Below, piece after piece: positions 51,101 to 64,000 of a stretch of 64,000 nt of DNA. Numbering within the stretch: position 1 is the first letter of the stretch; each line of letters begins with the position of its first letter. The stretch comes from Auanema rhodensis (lineage: Eukaryota; Animalia; Nematoda), in contig OZ059898.1 in NCBI GenBank assembly GCA_964057225.1, positions 11,222,001 to 11,286,000 of the forward strand, written 5' to 3'. A program made the translations under genes and the position numbers. The notes beneath the pieces were generated by a model that saw nothing but the letters and a program-made list of their open reading frames with translations, was not told the DNA's origin and made no database searches.

Positions 51101-53036
51101 TTAAATAGCACAGCAGGAAAGTTATTTTTTTGATAGAAATGTGGAAAATGCCATGCTGATTTCTAATAGAACAAACATGAGTTTGAATTATATTTATATG
51201 TATGTATCACAGGTAATTTGATAGACAAGTCCAGATTGAAATAGAGGTCGTTGAGCATCATTATGATTTTCATAGTCAAGGTCTTTTCTATTATCCACTT
51301 ATTGTCAAAGCGATTTGTTCGTACGACATGCAAATCATCGACGAGAATGAGGCTAGCTAGCTAGCCTATCAAATCGGAATTTTTACCAAAAAACCAGTCA
51401 AAATCTACTGAAGACAAGCAATTGAATTTCAAATTTTCAAGCGACGGAGAGTAATGTAGAACTGTGCAGTTGAAAGCGATGAAAATGAACAGCTTTATAA
51501 AGGAAAAAAGGCTGACGAAGTGAGAAAGTAGGAAGCAGATGAAACATCGGAAATAATGTGCTTTTTGACATTTTCGGATGGTTAACAAGCCAACGAACGT
51601 ATATACATATATAGAAACTTTATAGTAAAACAAATAAGAATGATGAAGCGAAAAGAGGAATAAGCGAGGGATTCAAAAAAACGAGAGGTACAAATTGAAT
51701 GGATTAACTCAGGAATAAATTTTAAACTCAAACGAAATAATGATGATGTGATGAGGTGCAGTGGCATACAAGTCTGACGGCAAGGATAAAGCTGACAACG
51801 ATGATGAAGACTGAAGTGATGAAGTAGCTGATGACACTTGACACATCTCGGCTCTTGACTTTTATTCTGTTCTTTTTCATTCAGCTTCATAGCTCAATTG
51901 ACAAAGAATATATGAAGATAAGAAGATGAACAACAAGCTGAGAATATGAGAATAGACATAATTATTTCAGGAGAGAAGACATGCCATAGATAAAACAGAA
52001 GTGGGAGGCTCTTTCAGCCATTAGCTACATTCCACAAATTATTATTATCTCAAGAAAGAGACACTCGATGAGCAAGAGAAATAATCAAAAAGTTGTGGAA
52101 ATAGAGCAGAAAACATCACAATTGTATTCTGATAAGATCGTTATATAGATGTGCTGGCTGATCAGGCACATGAGCCAGCAGGACTAAACCGTGGGAGACT
52201 AGACATTTTCCTGTTTGATTGCAAGCAGATTAGGTCAAATATCTAAAGAAAATATGAAACAATACGTAATAAATTTGAGCATAAATTAGAGTAACACTAT
52301 ATATCTCTATATATACCAGAGAATATGCGTATTTATTGAAATGGAAATGTGCAAAAATGGAATTTTCATTGTCCATATAAGCCTATTCAGGTTCAAACAC
52401 ATATCCGTCTCCCGCCCAAACTGTGTTCAGTTCAGCCTTTTTTGGCGGCAGCCGACAAGTCTTTCTATTCAGATGACTCGAATTGGATTACGTGCCACTG
52501 CTCTCTTCACTTCTTACTCTCTACATATATTTACTAGTCTTTTCTCTCTTGCAATGTAGTACACTCTCGCATATGCTTTTGCAAGTTATTGCTGTTGATT
52601 ATTGGTGGAAACGAGTAAAAAATGCAAAAAAAGTGTTTGAAAAGATGGAAAATAAGGTAGAACAAGCCAGCGGTTAGTCTAAATCTATACTTTTTATATG
52701 TAGATGAATTCGAGACACTTAGGTCAGCACGTATTGTAACGTTGACAGTGCAGACAGGCTGTCAGATGATGGATTGATTTCCCTCTATAAATGAGAATAA
52801 CGTATAGAATATAACATAAAATTGGAGAGAAAAGATAGATTAGAAAAGAATGGAACTAGGTAGCCAGAACAGAATATCAGTTGAAGCAGCTGGAAGATGC
52901 AGCTTACGGTACTGCTACGGGTTTTTTTGAATCTATTAACAGGCCAAGGAGTGCATTGACCGGATCAACGATTAGCTATCTTACTTCTTGTTACTATCTC
53001 TATCTCTCTTTTATCTGTCCCTGTGGTATTTCCCTC

Positions 53037-53091
53037 TTCTCTCTCTCTTTCTCTCTCCCTCTCCCCCCCTCTCTCTCTCTCTCTCTCTCTC
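53037..53091. repeat. (CT)n microsatellite
   Basis: Pyrimidine/CT-dinucleotide tract. Confidence 0.85.
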
Positions 53092-56000
53092 TTCATTTTG
53101 GTCTGCTGACAAATGTCGTCGGTAGTCCTTCAGCCATTTTCTCTTTTATGTCTCCTTATATAGAGATCATTCATCCATTCCTCATGTCCCGGATGTTGAT
53201 TTCACGTTAACTATGAATACGTCAAACAAGCTGAAAAGATGGCAATTTTCTATGTTTGTTATATTTCTATTGAGAAATATATGTGAAATTACATACGAAA
53301 AAAGGCAAAATATTCAAATCAAAAATATAAAAAAATACAAAATTCATGAGGAAGACATGGAATAATCAAGTGACAAGTAAAGCAGGATATGATACACTCG
53401 ACCTATAAAAGTATTTCAGAGTTATGTGTGTGTGTGAGTGAGAGAGAGAGGGAGAGACAAAGAGAAATCGGAAAAGAGCAAGGAGTGAAAAGGGAATCAA
53501 CGAAAATATGTTTTATGATTATCCTACTCAATAAGTAAAAATATAAAAGAAGAGTAGCACGTATAAACATTGACAGATAGTCATGAAGAGATATAGAAAT
53601 AGTAAAGAAAAGATAAAAGAAGGTCGATATATTGTTTCATAGTGGACACATAACTGTTATGTAACAATAGAAAAAATATGGAAGGAAGCTTTCAATATTG
53701 TCGGCAAACCTGTTGATCATCAAACCAAATTGAAAAGAAGAAATAAAAAAAATAGAATGGTTAGTAGTTACGAAGAAGTAGGTAAGTGTTTGAAGATTAA
53801 TAGAAGAAAGAAAAGGAGAGGGGAGTTGGGAAGGACTGGAGAATGACTGACAACCGTTTTGCACGCATGTTTCTTTAGAAAATGAGCCATTTACAATCAC
53901 TTAGCATACACGTGGAAATGATTTTAAAAATTTGAATGAGAAATAAACATGAAAGGAAGAAAATGAATATTGATTATTACATAATATAGGAATGAAAATT
54001 GAATAATGATTATCGTGAGATTATTACTGTATTTTCAATAATATATGGCTAGAACAATTTTCAAGCAATTCTCAAGTATTTTCGGTATTTATGAAAAAAA
54101 TAAATAATTTTTATAGTAAGTCATCATAAACCTCATTCTTGTCTGATCATATTACTTCATGTTTTTGGTGTCTTTGTAGTTAATTAGAGACTCAGATAGC
54201 TGAGAGCACAGCTGGATTCTTTGCTTTGTTGCGTAGCTAAGGAATGAGAATCATCTACATATATGATTCCTATATGTGTATATATGGTCAAGAAATAATA
54301 GAAAAAAACAAACAGTTGCATGTAAGATATATTATAATAAAGAAGAAAAGAAATAACGTAATATGAGTGTATACATATGGTATAATTAGAATTAAAAACC
54401 TTGGAATGATCATGTAAATGAATGACAAAATTGATGAACAGATACGCATATGCATAGTTAAATGTAAAAGAAAAAAATATTGGTCATAAGGTCTATGTAA
54501 TTATCAAATCTAAATGACATAAGTTAATGAAATGATATTAATTACAAGAATTTTTGATAAAAAAAGTCAAAAACTGAATAAAATGCTTGATGAATGTGAA
54601 CATTCCGACGATTAGATGACCACTTTATGTTACTTCAAATCTACTTATATGTGTTTGAATAGATGACATGTTAGGACCAAAAGAAACAGAGAAAGGGGAA
54701 AGGAGAGCTAGAGAAAGAGAGAGAAAGAATGAGAAGAAAAATCTTTAGCTCGAACAGACGTGAAGCAGCCGTAGTAATCCAGTAGGTCGACAGAATCAAC
54801 GCGACATGGACATATTGAGCTAATTATATACAATATATGTGTATAAGTTAGGGAAAATTTTAATATTTTTCATAATTATGAAGAGTAATGGTGAAATAAC
54901 GAAGCAGGCGTGAGTTGTCCATATTTCTTCAGTATGCATAGATGTAAATGAGATTATATATAGTAGCGTGATTTGTATCACTCATATAAGATATGGATTA
55001 ATGATGCTTTAGGCAGATTTTCCATTCACTTTGATTCTTCAAATCTTTTTTTTTTTCTTCATTTCTATTGGCAATTATGGGATAAGATTTGGTCAAGTCA
55101 ACTCCTTCCTTACTGCTATCATAAGTCTCATGTCAAGTTGACGACGAGTTTGATTGACGTGAACATAGCTTAAATGGAATAACGGAACTAATTCAGAAAT
55201 CAGAATAAGAATAATATTTTTTGTCAAACTTTTATGACCTTTTTAAGTTTAAAAAATATATTCTATCAAGTATAGTATAATTTAAATAAAATTAAGTGAT
55301 AACAATTAAACAAATGAGAGGGGGGGGGATAAGAGTAAAGTTAAAGTATTTGAAAGTTATTTTAAGGTGTATATAAACTATTTCTTTAACTTATATTAGA
55401 AGTATTAACTTAAATATCGATCTGAACAAGCTGTACGCCGGTTGAATGGTTGAATGCTTAATTTCAATTTTCGTTTATTCTTTCTAAAACTAATAAAACT
55501 TAACATTATTAAAGTTTTTTTCAAAGAAAACGATTTAATTCAGTATAAAAAACAAAAAAAAAGTTAAATTCAATAAAGGCGGCTTCAATTGACTTCATAG
55601 CACACGATAGAATTACGAGTTAACGGATGACAAACGAAAAAAAAGTCAAGTTGAAGATTAGTGTAGCCTTGGGAATGTTTTTTTTTCTGGAATACATGCA
55701 GAAAATCTGAATCAGATACTATGACCTTTAAGATAAAATGGCAAATACGAAAAGAAGATCTTTAAAGCTACACTCTATGATGTTTTTGTATACAAAAGAA
55801 ATGAATATGGGGTGTGCTTAGCAAAATGTTCTTGTATTGTTTTGAAATAATCAAATAAATCTTTGAAACTTTGTTCATTCATCTATTATGTATATGATTT
55901 TGTGGTTTATCTATATAGTTACGATGGAAATGACAGATTTCTGAAAAAATGTTGTATTCTTTTTTGATAAATGTTTCAGATGCATCTGGAGCAACAAACA

Positions 56001-59000
56001 ACTGTCATCAGAATGAAAAAAACCTGTAACAGAGCTAGATAGATAGATAGAGGACTCAGGGAGAACAGAGAAGAGAAAGATAAAAAGGAAATGAGACAGT
56101 AGGCTGGGAAAGCTCATCCGTCGATAGATTTTCTGGCTTTGGATGACCTAAAACATGACAAGTAATCGTAATTTACATCAGAACGAGGTTTTCGCTTTAC
56201 TGTGAAGTTGAAACAGAAGACACCTGTGTCTGTTCTTCTAATCTCTTGTACACCTTATTTCTGTCTAATCATTGATTCCAAAAAATGCTTTAATCATCAC
56301 CGGCACACATATCATTGAGTATTTGAAGAAAGATGAAAAGAGATATTTAAGGCTGAAAGGAAAATGTTGCCAACTGTTGGAAGCGATGGCTGGTTGGCTT
56401 GTCCATACCATTGCCAATTGAGCAGACAATTCAGCTACGAGTTGTCTCATTAATCTCTTACTGTCTTTCTCTCTCTCTCATCTCTTCATAAATACTATTC
56501 TTTTTCGATCCACCTGTTCTCGACTGGCTGTCAGTGTTCAATGAAACTCAAAGGCTTAACGAATAATTCGGTCAAATGTCATCAGAAAAAGAACTCCGAA
56601 ATGGATAGCTGACAAGAAAAGGACACGAGAACAACTAGCAAAACAAAAACAACAACATCAACCATCCGCAGATTAATTATTATTTTAGGAATGAAGACTG
56701 ATGATAGATCACATATGTATGTAGTACAAATACTTTATGTTTGTACTATTTCTTTTTTTATATTCCGACTAACAACACTTTCAGAAGACTTCATAGCGAA
56801 AAAACAAAGGTAAATTCAGAAATTTCTTTGAAGAGAAAATCATTAAAATCAAAAGTCATTATCAATGCATTATTGAGAGTTTGTTTCAGCAGCATTTCTT
56901 TTATGAAACTTTTCTCTAGCTTGCTCATTGAAATCGTTTATGTCTACGTTGAAACAAAAGACTGACTTGCGGAAGTCAGCAGACGGACCAAGTTTGACGC
57001 AACTTTTCCAGGCGATCTTGAGCAAATTTTCATATATGCATATCCCGCAGCGACATACATGTTATTTTTGCCACATTTATTAAGGTCAGAATATTTAAAA
57101 AAGAGGAATGAGGTGATAAACCTCAATAAAATGGAAAAATCTTTTTTTGGGTCATGAGTTGGATAAAGCAAATCCTATAATGATTCATGTATTGTAGAAA
57201 ACCATAAAATCATATTATATACGGATATACGGATATAACCATTGTCTAAGATATATTTGGCTAATCTTATATGATAAAGTTAGTATTTGGATGGTTGGAT
57301 TCTAGTTGGAGGAAAAACAAAAGAATATTGCGATAGTGTTTCCGGTAGTTGCATCACCATGTGATTCATGCATATCATCCAAAAGTAAATTGAAGTATAC
57401 TATATTTGTCTATGATCTCCATTGAAAAATAGAAAAAAAGTTTCTTTTTAAAAATTATGACGTCATTCTTTTATTCAGACTTGCATTTCTGAATGAAAAT
57501 AAAAAATATCATAAATATAGAATACAAGTAGAGATTGTGATGATAGTTGCATGTCTGTATGTTGGTACATGCCATTGGCTGACAAGGGACGTGCATAGGT
57601 CAGAAAACATTAACTTTACCAATACAATGCATAAGATTATTGTATTATTTCTTCAATATTTGCAAAAACAATAGACAGGAAAATTATACTTCTCACCTTT
57701 ATTCAGGTATTTCTTACACACCATCATCTATTATTGTATAAGATATTGTATAAGATATTGAATGATTAGGTCATCAAGTCAGAATTAATCTCGTCTTTCG
57801 TATACCCTCACACGCTAACTTCGAAAAGTGCATTGTGTCTGTTCAGCATAGTTACATAAGGTTGTTGCCAACAGACAGTGGCTACTGCTATTCATATGCA
57901 CATCACTGTAGTCTGTTTTTGTTGTAAAAAGAAGGGGTTTTTCGTTTTAAGTTTAGGGAAAGAGAAATATATATTTTTTTATGTTTCCTATTGAGTATAT
58001 TTTCTTGTTTGCAACTTCATAAACACAGTTTAAAGTTGCATAAGTTGCTCATAAAAGTTTAGAATATTCGTTAGAGTTGAGCAGCAGAGGTTGCAACAGA
58101 TGTACAAATCAAATTAGCTAAACATATGTATGAGTTGTTTGAATAAGATATACAACAGATCATCACATAGTTAATAATCTTATATGGCTGTTAGAACTGA
58201 CAGGTTTTAATGGTCAGGTTGATCAGTTTATGAACTTTTATCTATTTTTCTTCTGACTCGAGAAACAGATGAGGGATTTTAATATAATTTATTGACTACC
58301 GTAATCAACTAAAATAAGGTTAGTAAGATAAAGGGATGGATTGAGGACTACTGTTTCAGTTAAGACCCACTGAATACATTGGCCTTTTAAGTTTCGGATG
58401 AATAAAGGATAGTGAAAGAGAATCTGATTCACAACTGTTCTTTAGTTTCTTTCTATTTTCTGAACAGTCTCAAATGGTATATAGATTAAGTTGAAAAACG
58501 TTTATATATTAGAATTAAAAGACAAACATTTGTTTATAAGATTCTGATTTGATATAAACAATTTCATCTTCTAACCAACCATCCATGTTGAGTTATAATT
58601 ATTCATAAGAAATTTATGATATTTTTATTTTGAAATGTTGTGTGGGCGATATATCCTCAGTTTCTAAAGATAAGAAGGAAGAATATGAAATCTTAATTTT
58701 TTGATTTCAAGAGAGAAATAGAGATCGAGAAAGATAGAAAGGAATTTGTATAATATTAACAGGTAAATAGAAATGATGTTTTTCTATAAGTGTAATAAGA
58801 AAAATGTCCGACTGTCTCTAGTTGTATCCATAACTCATCAAAAGAATGAACTAAACAGACTTCTGTTTCCGATTAAATAGATAACTCCATCAGCTGTATA
58901 CCGGAAAAAATAGAAAATTGAATAATCGAACAGGAGGTTTGTAGCTATAATGAACGAGAGCATAAATCAGATGACACGTGACAGAAGACTAATGAGATTT

Positions 59001-62000
59001 AGATGAAAAACTGAATGAGCTGAATGTGCGCGAACTGTAAAACGGAAGGAAATTAATCTTAGACGACGACAACGAGGGCGTCTTTCAATTAGTGATCAGC
59101 AGTGGAGCAATTCATTGAATGAGCATCAGTATGGTGAACGCTAATATCTATTCCAAATGTCATCAGAAGCTAATGTCTAAGAAGAGTTCTTTAGCTTTCT
59201 GCGAAAAAACGTAAATAGTTTTGAGTAGATTGATCAGCAGATGTTAGAAGATCGTAAAGTTTCTGACAGATTTAGAAAATAAGTAAGATCAGTGCTGGAA
59301 TACAAAAAGAAAACATTGGTAAAAGTGTGTTACGAGAAGAAACGATATAGACAAGCTTAATGACTTGAAACGATCAAGCAACTAGTTGGAAGAAAGGGTG
59401 TGAAATGATGAAAATATATAACAAGTAAGTTGTAGAAGTATGAATGCGAGGGAGTAAAGAGGGTAAGAGAATGAGAGAAATAGGACACTAAAAGAGAGGA
59501 ACAGAAAAGCTGCGATCTGCACATTAGAAAGGCAATGATGCGTAGCTTACATATAGGACAGAGCCTCCATTTAGAGAACCATTTATGGAAGTTGAATTTG
59601 TGGTTCGCAGGCAGGTTGTTGAACATGAAGGGAGAGTTCATGAGATAGAAAGAGTGTGAAAGAAAAAAAAATAAAAGAGAGAGTGAGACAATGAGTGAGA
59701 AAAAGAGAGTGAAAGAGAAAGAGAGAAAGAGGGAGAGAAAGATGTTGTGATTCATCAGGAGGATGACGCTGATGATGATGATGTTTCTAGGTAGTTCAAT
59801 CTGTGCCTAGCCCATGTAAATGAGGCAGAAACACCTTCAACTAGTTTTTTGATTTAAATATGGGCAGGAGAAAAATAGTTAATTGTAAAAACCATATAAA
59901 AGAAATAGCTGAGAAGTCTTTACTGTGGATATTCTATTGACACGGAAATCATTGGGTAATGATGATGATAATGATCCTTCTGTGACAGATAATAGGTGGT
60001 TTATACATAAGAAAAGGATTCTGATCTGCCAGTTTACTGTTATTTCATTTTCTAAAGACCTTGACACTCATGAGGGATTTATATACTCAGTAAATAAAAA
60101 AATTTCCTTTTTCAATTTATTTACTTTTTTTGATTATAATAATTCTAAACTAAAAATTTCAGAAGGTAATATAATATTATTATCATTTAAAAAAGAAAAA
60201 TTATGGGAGAAAAAGCATAACATAACAAATCAAATCTCACTTTCTCAAAGAATACCGTAGTTAGCTTAGGATGCGGATTCTCGTTTATTTTAAAACTAAT
60301 AAAGAAACAATCAAGACAAATGTTTCAATTTGTTTCAAAGTCTTTTCATGTCGATTAACTATGCTGAAAGGGATGCGCGGCAATTTATGCCAAACAAGGT
60401 TTGATGTGAAATCTCTGAATTGCATGTTTCTCTCTGCTAACACATGGGCAAACTCATCAATGCAATACTATAAGTTTCATCGGATAAACAATCTATTTAA
60501 GATTTGTGGTTAGCGTATCCTCATCCTAAAATATAATCAAATACCCAAATTTTGGCAAAAATATTTTTAGAATGAACAGCTTGGCTGTTAAATGATTGAG
60601 CATTTTTCTATGTTTCAGTTATGGATAGATATGTGGTAAGATAATCATGATGAAGGTATTCATGAATCTTTCTCATGACTCTTTATCTGACTCAATAATT
60701 CAGCAAAAAATGCTAAAAAATCTAGAAAAAAATTTCCAACTTGAAAATTTAAATGAAATGAGACAAAGAGAAAAAAAAACCACAAAAGAAGGTCTGGGGT
60801 GGTCTGTATTTTTCCTTTTTTTTTCAATTTTTTTGAAAAAAACTTTGTCGACCAGAAGATGGAAGCCTTGAAAGAAATAAATTTCTTTTTCTACAATCAG
60901 ATAAAAATATTTGAGACAACTAAGAAAAATGCATCGCCGAGACAGAGACGAATGTATTTTAAAATTATTATATAAAACTTCTTTCATTTTGATTGCAAAT
61001 TCAAATATATAGTTTCTTGAAATAATTCTTTAAATCAATCAAATGGTAATAATAATGATGCTGACAATCGCCGTGGAATTGGTCAAGATTGAAAGAAGGG
61101 TAAGATGTTATCGTTGTAATTGCAGTTACTTTGGATGAGACGAAAACTCAGCAGGACCTCTGACGGCTTATTATGCATAAAGTTAACTAAAAAATGAACA
61201 GAAGGTCAAACATATTGTGTAAATCTGATCTAAAAAGAGCGTACAATTTTCTTTAGAAGGTTGAGAAAGTCAAGAAAGTTAGTGAAGTGAATGCAATTAC
61301 TGACTCATTTTGATTATGTTATTGTTTATGTATAAGATAGTTAGAACAGGCTACTAATAAGTTTTCATTAAAAACTTATCCATTTAAACGGGGACTTTAT
61401 ATTTAAATATAAATAGAATATATAAGAATAAATAGAATAGTTTAGGAATAATATAAATTAAGTCAATATGAATTTAATGTGAATGTTGTTGCAAACCATT
61501 TGTAAGATATACATGAATCAAACAATATTTTAAGATTAAATATATAATAAATTAGAAAGATTATTTTAAAAATTTAAAATTATATACTAAAATCAAATAA
61601 TGATAATACTTTATGATTTTTGGCAAAACTCTTTCTGATTTGACTTCAATTTGATCTGAAAATTATATGTTTTCTGACAAACAAATTCCAAACACAGAAC
61701 AATATACTTTCGAATTCTAAAGCATAAGCCAAGCTAAAGCCGAAAACAGCTAAGTTCTAACCAGAATTGCGATGATGCTATAGGTGACAAATGAATCAAC
61801 TTAAAACGTAAAAAGAAGAAGAGGAACGAGGAGAGATTGAAAGTGTCTTTGCCAGATGGAGTCCATCCGTTTTGCTTCTTCGGGATACCAAACAGCAGTC
61901 TTGACTTGAAGACGAATGGCTTGGCTGGTTAGCTGGCTGGACGCCTGGCTGGCCAGATAGGAGCCCTAACCAATGAAAAGATGTTTTATGCCAATTAGAT

Positions 62001-64000
62001 TTTTAGAAATGTCTCTTCTAGTTTTTTCAAAAGAAAATACAAATGAGAATTTCACCTTTTTTGGATGTTAAAAGTGCTTGTGAATGGAATTGGTAAGAAC
62101 TATTGTGAAAGAAAAAACAAATCGATCAAGTTGACATGCACATTAAGTTACATGAGAAGGTCATTTTAAATTTTTCAGGTAGGTTATAAACTTTTAAATG
62201 AAAACCTCAAATTTCTGTTAAATGTTAATGATGAATATAGCGGAAACATGAAAGGCATCTTGAATAAATAGATCATTAAGCTTAAACCATTAATGATGTG
62301 TATCAAGTCAGAGATATAAAATGTGAAAATATTTAATTCTTTCTCTCTCTCTCTCTCCCATTAAATGTTTTGTTCGTAATTTCAAGTATTAAACAGATAT
62401 CAACTAAATTTTTATTTCTATTTATGTTAATTCAAGATAAGAAAACGTTATACGAACTCGAAAAATAAAATTTAAAACAAACTTTTTATGAATAATTCTA
62501 ATCATTTTTTAAAAAAATATATTGAAAGATCTTCTTTCTATATTCAATACAAAATATGTTTGGCAACAAAAAAGACTGACATCAACACTGGATATGACAT
62601 GAAAAATAAAAATAAAACTTTTTTTGAAAACTTTTATTTTCTAAAATTTTCATATGAATATTGGTTAAATATTTTAAAATTATAATTATACGTTTAAATG
62701 AATATTTGAAATCGGCAAGTTCAAAAAGTTGATAAAGAAAACGATTATTTTTTTTTTCGCCCATTCACTCAGTTTTATGAGCTAATCATTGAAGCCAAAC
62801 GATATTTTCAGAATTCTATAAAAATTTTAAACTCTCTCATACTACGTCTTGAATACTTCATCCAATAGCTTTTTTCCTGAAGTTAAAGCCAATTGGTGGT
62901 GATTCTTTTTTTTAATTCTTTTTTTTTTCTGTTTCAAACACTTGTCACCTTCCGGGTGTATCATACGATGTGTTTTATAGATATTCATTACAGTTATACT
63001 ATATTTTATGAGTTATAAAGGCTAGTATAGTTAACATTTATAATAATAAAGTAAAAGTTAATAGATTTTGAAAAAGTGGGAGCAGTTAAGCATTTGATGA
63101 CATGTTATAACGATGTGTGAAATAGATAACGATGATTGACTGACTGTAAGTAATAAGTAGTAAGCCAAAAGATTTTATAATCTTATGGGTTATCTAGGAT
63201 CTCAATCGTTGTCTGAATTAGGCTTCTTGAGTATCGATGAAAGTATTGACAGTGAAATGTGTGATACATCGATATGAAACATCTATCCATGCATATGTCA
63301 ACAGAAATCGGATTAACAGATCCATTTTCACCTATATTTTCACAGTTATATTCTGACAAGTAATATTTCTAAATAGTATAAATATATATATTCACATATA
63401 ATTGAAAATAAATGATATATATCTACATTAGGGTTCAAATAATGAATAAACTATGAAATATATTATATAAAAACATAAACTACTACAAGTTTTATAATTT
63501 AAATTATTATTTTGTAAAAAAGCATGTTATTATTTCATATTCAGATAATTTATAAGATTACCAAATACTATAAGTTCTATTAGTTGTTAAGATCAAAAAG
63601 AATAACAAAGAAAACTCATTTACATCCTTGACCGGAAATCTTAATAGTCTGTATATTAATGCTCATCAAAGTGATATAAACTTAATATTTGATGTATTTT
63701 TTATAAGAAATTGTTATCAGATGAATACTATTTGATTGACATGATTTGTCGGAAGTTTATTCATTTTACCATGTTCTGTTATCAATTTCTCGTAATCTTT
63801 GAGGAAGTTATTAATGTTTCTTTTATTTTGCTGTCGGATGAGGACACTCGAACAAAGGGAAAAACAGAAATGTTAAGGTCACTCTTAGAAAGAAACACAC
63901 CGATTACCTCTTAATCTTGCTTTGTATCTCGCTTGCTTGTCAACTTATCCTTATTATTTTCTTCTATACCTATCGTTCTATCCTTTTTTATCCGTTTACT

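Noticed and set aside
61917-61940. Resemblance to miR-34 (GGTTAGCTGG)
   Set aside because: The seed does not match, and the stretch is a short TGGC-type repeat.
63185-63194. sbRNA/Y-RNA-like ATGGGTTATC
   Set aside because: Lacks the flanking GGTCCG/CTTGAC stem-bulge and a properly placed terminator.
47349-63914. Many 60-130 aa ORFs from the six-frame track in the distal region
   Set aside because: F/L/I/K/S-biased translations of AT-rich or microsatellite DNA, with no domain motifs or consistent exon chains.

Overview
AT-rich eukaryotic genomic DNA with compact genes and mostly 45-60 nt introns, consistent with a rhabditid nematode (species not determinable from the sequence). Gene order: 3' end of hemicentin (+), transaldolase (-), tyrosinase-ShKT (+), a ZP-N-only papillote-like membrane protein (-), single-domain dUTPase (-) head-to-head with a probable operon of sulfite oxidase, DUSP12 and a DDI1-like protease (+), then crb-3 (-). 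Next is a rearranged cluster of srt-type chemoreceptor genes (three apparently intact copies, deleted remnants and an inverted fragment). This cluster hosts two foreign-looking + strand inserts: an intracellular trypsin-like (wosp-like) serine protease fused to antisense srt remnants, and a TATA-driven, apparently spliced unit ending in ~0.95 kb of C/T-rich higher-order repeat. A papain-family protease (-), an FN3 type-I membrane protein (-) and ~17 kb with no recognisable gene but many AGGTCA half-sites complete the window. Gene models were spliced by eye, so boundaries are approximate. Family assignments rest on recalled motifs, not database searches.
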